From Bacteroidota bacterium (GTDB taxonomy: Bacteria > Bacteroidota > Bacteroidia > Bacteroidales > VadinHA17), in contig JBAWXY010000002.1 of the NCBI GenBank assembly GCA_037143835.1, positions 1-40,360 of the forward strand: a stretch of 40,360 bases of DNA, written 5' to 3'. Shown one piece after another: positions 36,296-40,360 of the stretch. A program made the position numbers and the translations under genes. The notes under the pieces were generated by a model. The model saw only the letters and a program-made list of their open reading frames with translations. It had not been told where the DNA came from and searched no databases. Positions within the stretch are counted from its first letter, which is position 1, and every line of letters starts with the position of its first letter.

Positions 36296-38619
36296 ACAGC
36301 TATTACAAAAAGGATGAATGGCTCATAATTGAAAAGGGATTTGACCCTGAAATGAACAGGAAGTCGGAAAGCATTTTTTCAATAGGGAACGGCTACATGG
36401 GACAGAGAGCCAACTTTGAAGAGCAATATTCAGGCGATAGTCTGCAGGGAAGCTATGTTGCAGGGGTATATTACCCCGATAAAACACGTGTAGGATGGTG
36501 GAAAAATGGTTATCCTGAATATTTTGCGAAAGTACTTAACGCACCAAACTGGATCGGCATTGATGTTTCAGTGGAAGGGAAAGCTATTGACCTGGCAACA
36601 GCCAGAATCATAACATTTTCCAGGATCCTCAATATGAAAGAAGGTTATCTTGAGAGATCCTTCAAAGTAGCTGTTACAGGAAATAAAACAATTGAAATAA
36701 ATTCCAGGAGATTCCTCAGTATGGCAGAGCCTGATCTTGGGATTATCAGGTATTCTGTAAAATCTGTTGATTTTACCGGCATGCTTGACTTCTCTGCTTA
36801 TATTGATGCAGATGTAAGGAATGAAGATACCAATTACAGCAAAAAATTCTGGAAAGAGGTAAGCAGGGAGATAACTGATGGTACCGGAGTTCTTACAGCC
36901 AGGACATTGAAAACAGATTTCCATGTTGCAACCGGAATGTGTTTTGAGCTGCAAAGAAATAAGAAAACAATGATTGTTAATCCTGTTATCATTAATCGGG
37001 AAAAATATGTAGCCAACACCTTCCGTATTAACATTAAGCCAGGAGAGGAGTGGGTTCTTTACAAATACGTTTCGGTTCTTTCTTCTCTTAATAACCCGAA
37101 GAAACAATTAGCAGATGATGTAAAACTTCGTCTGAAAGAAGCAAAAGCAAAAGGATATGAAAAACTATTCCTGGGCCACGTTAAAGAATGGGAGAAAATA
37201 TGGACTACTTCGGATGTGGTTATTGAAGGTGATCTGTCAGCCCAGCAGGCAATACGGTTTAATATTTTCCAGCTTAACCAGACATATACCGGGAAGGACG
37301 AAAGACTTAATATTGGCCCGAAAGGTTTTACCGGTGAGAAATATGGTGGCAGCACTTACTGGGATACTGAAGCATTTGTTCTGCCTTTCTTCTTAAAAAC
37401 AGCAGATCAGAAAGTGGGAAGAAATTTGTTGTTATACAGGTATAAACATCTTGAAAAAAGTATTGCTAATGCCGAAAAACTGGGATTTAAGAAAGGTGCA
37501 GCATTGTATCCAATGGTAACAATGAACGGGGAAGAGTGTCACAATGAATGGGAAATAACCTTTGAAGAGATACATCGTAACGGAGCAATAGCCTATGCTG
37601 TTTACAATTATATAAGGCATACAGGTGACGAAAATTACATGGCAGATTACGGATTGGAAGTGCTGATTGGTATTTCGCGATTCTGGAGCCAGAGAGCAAC
37701 CTTTTCAGAAAACCTGAAGAAGCATGTTATCCTCGGCGTGACAGGTCCCAATGAATATGAGAATAACGTAAATAATAATTGGTATACCAATACATTGGCT
37801 GTATGGACATTATCCTATAGTCTTAATAATATAGGGATCCTTAAAGAAGAGAATCCGGATAAGCTAAAAGCTCTTTTCAAAAAAACAAATTTCAACTACA
37901 CTGAGGAAACAGCAAGGTGGAAAGACCTGATTAAAAACATGTACTTTCCTGTTGATAATAAACGCAAAGTATTTCTTCAGCAGGATGGATTTCTTGACAA
38001 GGAATTAATACTGGCAAGCACTATTCCCTCTGCTGAAAGACCCATCAACCAGCATTGGTCATGGGACAGGATATTAAGATCATGCTTTATAAAACAGGCA
38101 GATGTCCTGCATGGTTTATACTTCTTTGAAGAGCAGTTTGATACAGAGACAATAAAACGGAATTTCGATTTTTATGAACCGATGACTGTACATGAATCGT
38201 CATTATCTGCTTGTATTCATTCCATAATAGCTTCAAGGATCGGTAATATAGAAAAAGCTTATGAGCTTTATCTTCGTACTGCCAGGTTAGATCTTGATGA
38301 TTATAATAATGAGGTCTCCGATGGTTTGCATATCACAAGTATGGCAGGTACGTGGCTCGCTATCGTAGAGGGATTTGGCGGGATGAGGATTCTGAATGGT
38401 AAGATACAGCTGAATCCCCTTATTCCGGTGAATTGGCAATCATATTCATTTCATGCCCGCTTCCGTGGTGTCCTGTTCGAAGTCAAGGTTACAAAAGATA
38501 ATGTGATTGTTATTAATCTTTCCGATAAACCGCTGCAAATTGTAATATCCGGCAGGGACTATGGGATACAAGGGTCGGGAAAAGTTGTCGCAAAACTTCA
38601 GGCAGATTATTTTAGGTAA
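36292..38619 (+). CDS. GH65 family disaccharide phosphorylase, most likely maltose phosphorylase
   Basis: 775 aa. GH65 N-terminal, catalytic (alpha/alpha)6 and C-terminal domains are present, including the GPNEYENNVNNNWYTN acid-catalyst region. Adjacent to pgmB, the classical pairing. Confidence 0.85.
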   Translation: MNSYYKKDEWLIIEKGFDPEMNRKSESIFSIGNGYMGQRANFEEQYSGDSLQGSYVAGVYYPDKTRVGWWKNGYPEYFAKVLNAPNWIGIDVSVEGKAIDLATARIITFSRILNMKEGYLERSFKVAVTGNKTIEINSRRFLSMAEPDLGIIRYSVKSVDFTGMLDFSAYIDADVRNEDTNYSKKFWKEVSREITDGTGVLTARTLKTDFHVATGMCFELQRNKKTMIVNPVIINREKYVANTFRINIKPGEEWVLYKYVSVLSSLNNPKKQLADDVKLRLKEAKAKGYEKLFLGHVKEWEKIWTTSDVVIEGDLSAQQAIRFNIFQLNQTYTGKDERLNIGPKGFTGEKYGGSTYWDTEAFVLPFFLKTADQKVGRNLLLYRYKHLEKSIANAEKLGFKKGAALYPMVTMNGEECHNEWEITFEEIHRNGAIAYAVYNYIRHTGDENYMADYGLEVLIGISRFWSQRATFSENLKKHVILGVTGPNEYENNVNNNWYTNTLAVWTLSYSLNNIGILKEENPDKLKALFKKTNFNYTEETARWKDLIKNMYFPVDNKRKVFLQQDGFLDKELILASTIPSAERPINQHWSWDRILRSCFIKQADVLHGLYFFEEQFDTETIKRNFDFYEPMTVHESSLSACIHSIIASRIGNIEKAYELYLRTARLDLDDYNNEVSDGLHITSMAGTWLAIVEGFGGMRILNGKIQLNPLIPVNWQSYSFHARFRGVLFEVKVTKDNVIVINLSDKPLQIVISGRDYGIQGSGKVVAKLQADYFR

Positions 38620-38672
38620 GATATTGTAAATCAGAAAATCAACTAAGAAAAAATAATTTAATTTATAAGATT

Positions 38673-40049
38673 ATGGAAAAGCTCCCTGTAAGCCTGCTGG
38701 CGCTGTTACTGTTTCTGGTATTAACATTTGCAGCATGTTCGACTTTCAGAGGTAAGAAGGAAGTTAAACCTTTTATTTCAGAAGTAGTTCACCCTGAATG
38801 GTCAAAGAATTCAGTACTCTATGAAGTCAATGTAAGACAGTATACACCTGAAGGGACATTTAATGCATTTACAGAGCATCTTCCCAGGTTAAAGGCATTA
38901 GGTGTTGATGTCTTATGGTTTATGCCAACTTTCCCGATAGGGGTTCTGAACAGGAAAGGAGAATTGGGCAGTTATTATTCGGTCAAAGACTTTATGAATG
39001 TGAACCAGGCATTTGGGACACTTGAAGATTTTAAAGCAATGTTGAGGAACGCTCATGAGCTTGGAATGAAAGTTATGCTCGACTGGGTGCCAAATCATAC
39101 ATCGTGGGATAATAAACTCACTGTTGAACATCCCGAATGGTATGCAAAAGATGCGACAGGAAAATTTACTCCTCCCATTGGAACAGACTGGACTGATGTA
39201 ATTCAGCTCGATTGGTCGCAGAAAGGACTTCAGGATTATATGGTGGAAGCACTGTCTTTCTGGGTCAGGATGGGGGTAGATGGTTTCCGTGTTGATCATC
39301 CGCATAATACACCAAAAGAATTCTGGGAGAGAGCCAGAACTGAACTTACAGCTATAAAACCTGTCCTGCTGCTTGCAGAAATTGAGGAAACAAAATTCCT
39401 TGAAAAGGGTTTTGATATGAATTATGCATGGGAGATGCATCACCTTATGAAAAATATTGCACAGGGCAAGGATAGTGTAAATAAACTGGTGAAATATTAT
39501 ATTAAAGAATGGTCAGTATATCCGAACAATGTTTACAGGCTTCAGTTTCTGACTAACCATGATGAAAACTCCTGGGCCGGCACAATTGACTCACTAATAG
39601 GTGATGCACAGCAAGCGTTTGCAACTTTAATTTTTACAGGACAGGGAGTACCTTTAATATATAGCGGACAGGAAGTATGCCTTGACAAGAAATTAAAATT
39701 CTTTGTGCGTGATACAATCAGATGGGATTCCTGCAGCCTTACTTCTTTCTATAAGAATCTGATATCCTTAAAAAAAGAGAACAAAGCTCTCTGGAACGGC
39801 GATTCAGGTGGTCCTATGGTTAAGATCAGTACAAACAAAGATGAAAAAGTCTTTGCTTTTTACAGGGAAAAGGATGAAAACAGAGTTATTGTCTTCCTTA
39901 ATCTCAGCAAAAAAAATGTTGCGGTAAAACCTCTTCTTGAAGATCTGAATGGTGGTTATACAGATTTTTTTGCAGGCTTAGAAACAGTTTTTCCATTATC
40001 TGATTCCCTTAGGTTGGAACCATGGGGATTTTGGATTCTGGTTAAATAA
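38673..40049 (+). CDS. GH13 alpha-amylase family glycosidase, lipoprotein
   Basis: 458 aa. Signal peptide with lipobox FAACS. GH13 conserved regions DWVPNHTS (I), GVDGFRVDH (II), LLAEIEE (III) and FLTNHDEN (IV). Confidence 0.85.
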   Translation: MEKLPVSLLALLLFLVLTFAACSTFRGKKEVKPFISEVVHPEWSKNSVLYEVNVRQYTPEGTFNAFTEHLPRLKALGVDVLWFMPTFPIGVLNRKGELGSYYSVKDFMNVNQAFGTLEDFKAMLRNAHELGMKVMLDWVPNHTSWDNKLTVEHPEWYAKDATGKFTPPIGTDWTDVIQLDWSQKGLQDYMVEALSFWVRMGVDGFRVDHPHNTPKEFWERARTELTAIKPVLLLAEIEETKFLEKGFDMNYAWEMHHLMKNIAQGKDSVNKLVKYYIKEWSVYPNNVYRLQFLTNHDENSWAGTIDSLIGDAQQAFATLIFTGQGVPLIYSGQEVCLDKKLKFFVRDTIRWDSCSLTSFYKNLISLKKENKALWNGDSGGPMVKISTNKDEKVFAFYREKDENRVIVFLNLSKKNVAVKPLLEDLNGGYTDFFAGLETVFPLSDSLRLEPWGFWILVK

Positions 40050-40220
40050 AGTTCATTACACATGTTCCGGATTGGGCATTAAGTTCGTCAGTGATATAGA
40101 AAAAAGAGCGGGAGATTCCTCGCTGGCGTTCGGAAAGACAGATTAGATAAGCTGAATACCTGTAAAAGTATAGGAGAAAAAGGAAGTACACTAAAATTCG
40201 GCATTATAGCAAATTCAGTA

Positions 40221-40237
40221 TAGAAAACGTTTGAAAT
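40221..40237. promoter_or_regulatory. Candidate transcription-factor site, copy B of the exact 17-mer (TAGAAAACGTTTGAAAT)
   Basis: Identical to 33942-33958. Starts 115 nt upstream of a predicted -7 box at 40336-40343 that faces a gene beyond the window. Confidence 0.35.
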
Positions 40238-40335
40238 AGCATCATTCTGTTCTATTAAAATAATTTTATTTAAGAATCATTAAAAAATCATTAAAAATAT
40301 GTTAAAATTAAATTAGGATTTTTTAAAAATTGTAA

Positions 40336-40343
40336 TAAATTTG
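40336..40343 (+). promoter_or_regulatory. Candidate -7 box (TAnnTTTG) for a gene beyond the right edge
   Basis: TAAATTTG in an AT-rich ORF-free tail of the window. Confidence 0.3.
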
Positions 40344-40360
40344 ATTTGCTTTAGTAATAT

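Noticed and set aside
36568-37107. A 179-aa minus-strand ORF inside the GH65 gene, and the similar 176-aa ORF at 38913-39443 inside the GH13 gene
   Set aside because: Both are antisense to genes with full-length family motifs, and neither has a recognisable domain.
40250-40360. An AT-rich tail with duplicated ATCATTAAAAA, considered as a replication origin or mobile-element end
   Set aside because: There are no DnaA-box-like 9-mers and no inverted terminal repeats. It contains a good -7 box, so it is most simply the promoter region of the next gene.

Overview
This window looks like a chromosomal segment of a Bacteroidota genome. The evidence is the giant T9SS translocon gene sprA next to ruvA, many lipoprotein and Tat signals, and TAnnTTTG-type -7 promoter boxes. 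I call 28 protein-coding genes, one initiator tRNA-Met and one probably disrupted gene.

Most of the content is housekeeping and carbohydrate metabolism:
- a nucleoside MFS permease;
- a Tat-exported Gfo/Idh/MocA oxidoreductase, a Tat-exported hydroxypyruvate-isomerase-like TIM barrel and a lactonase lipoprotein;
- an exported isochorismatase-family hydrolase and an ENPP-type phosphodiesterase;
- glpD-glpK-glpF;
- a membrane-anchored DUF362-like protein;
- a one-domain superoxide reductase;
- M23 peptidase-dxr-rseP, then tatA;
- a futalosine-type radical SAM enzyme;
- pepA-pdxA-ruvA-sprA;
- an MFS-pgmB-GH65-GH13 maltose/maltodextrin locus.

I saw no transposase, integrase, CRISPR array, phage gene or recognisable defence gene.

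Five things are not explained by ordinary annotation:
1. A ~105-nt double-hairpin repeat family bounded by terminal inverted repeats. It has 3 copies, and the stems carry compensatory substitutions.
2. Two inverted copies of that repeat bracket an uncharacterised two-gene module. One gene encodes a ~10-TM membrane protein with a large soluble C-terminal domain. The other encodes a lipoprotein with a TolB-like beta-propeller and a single CXXCH haem-c motif.
3. An exact 17-nt repeat with an AAACGTTT palindromic core sits 104 and 115 nt upstream of predicted promoters at both ends of the maltose locus.
4. A phased TCCG heptamer array lies between the tRNA and the superoxide reductase gene.
5. An exported-protein gene next to the tRNA is interrupted by a frameshift and a stop codon.

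I do not see a complete, compelling novel system. The best candidate is the module at 1407-4914, and the evidence for it is thin. All homology statements come from motif recognition by eye, not from database searches.
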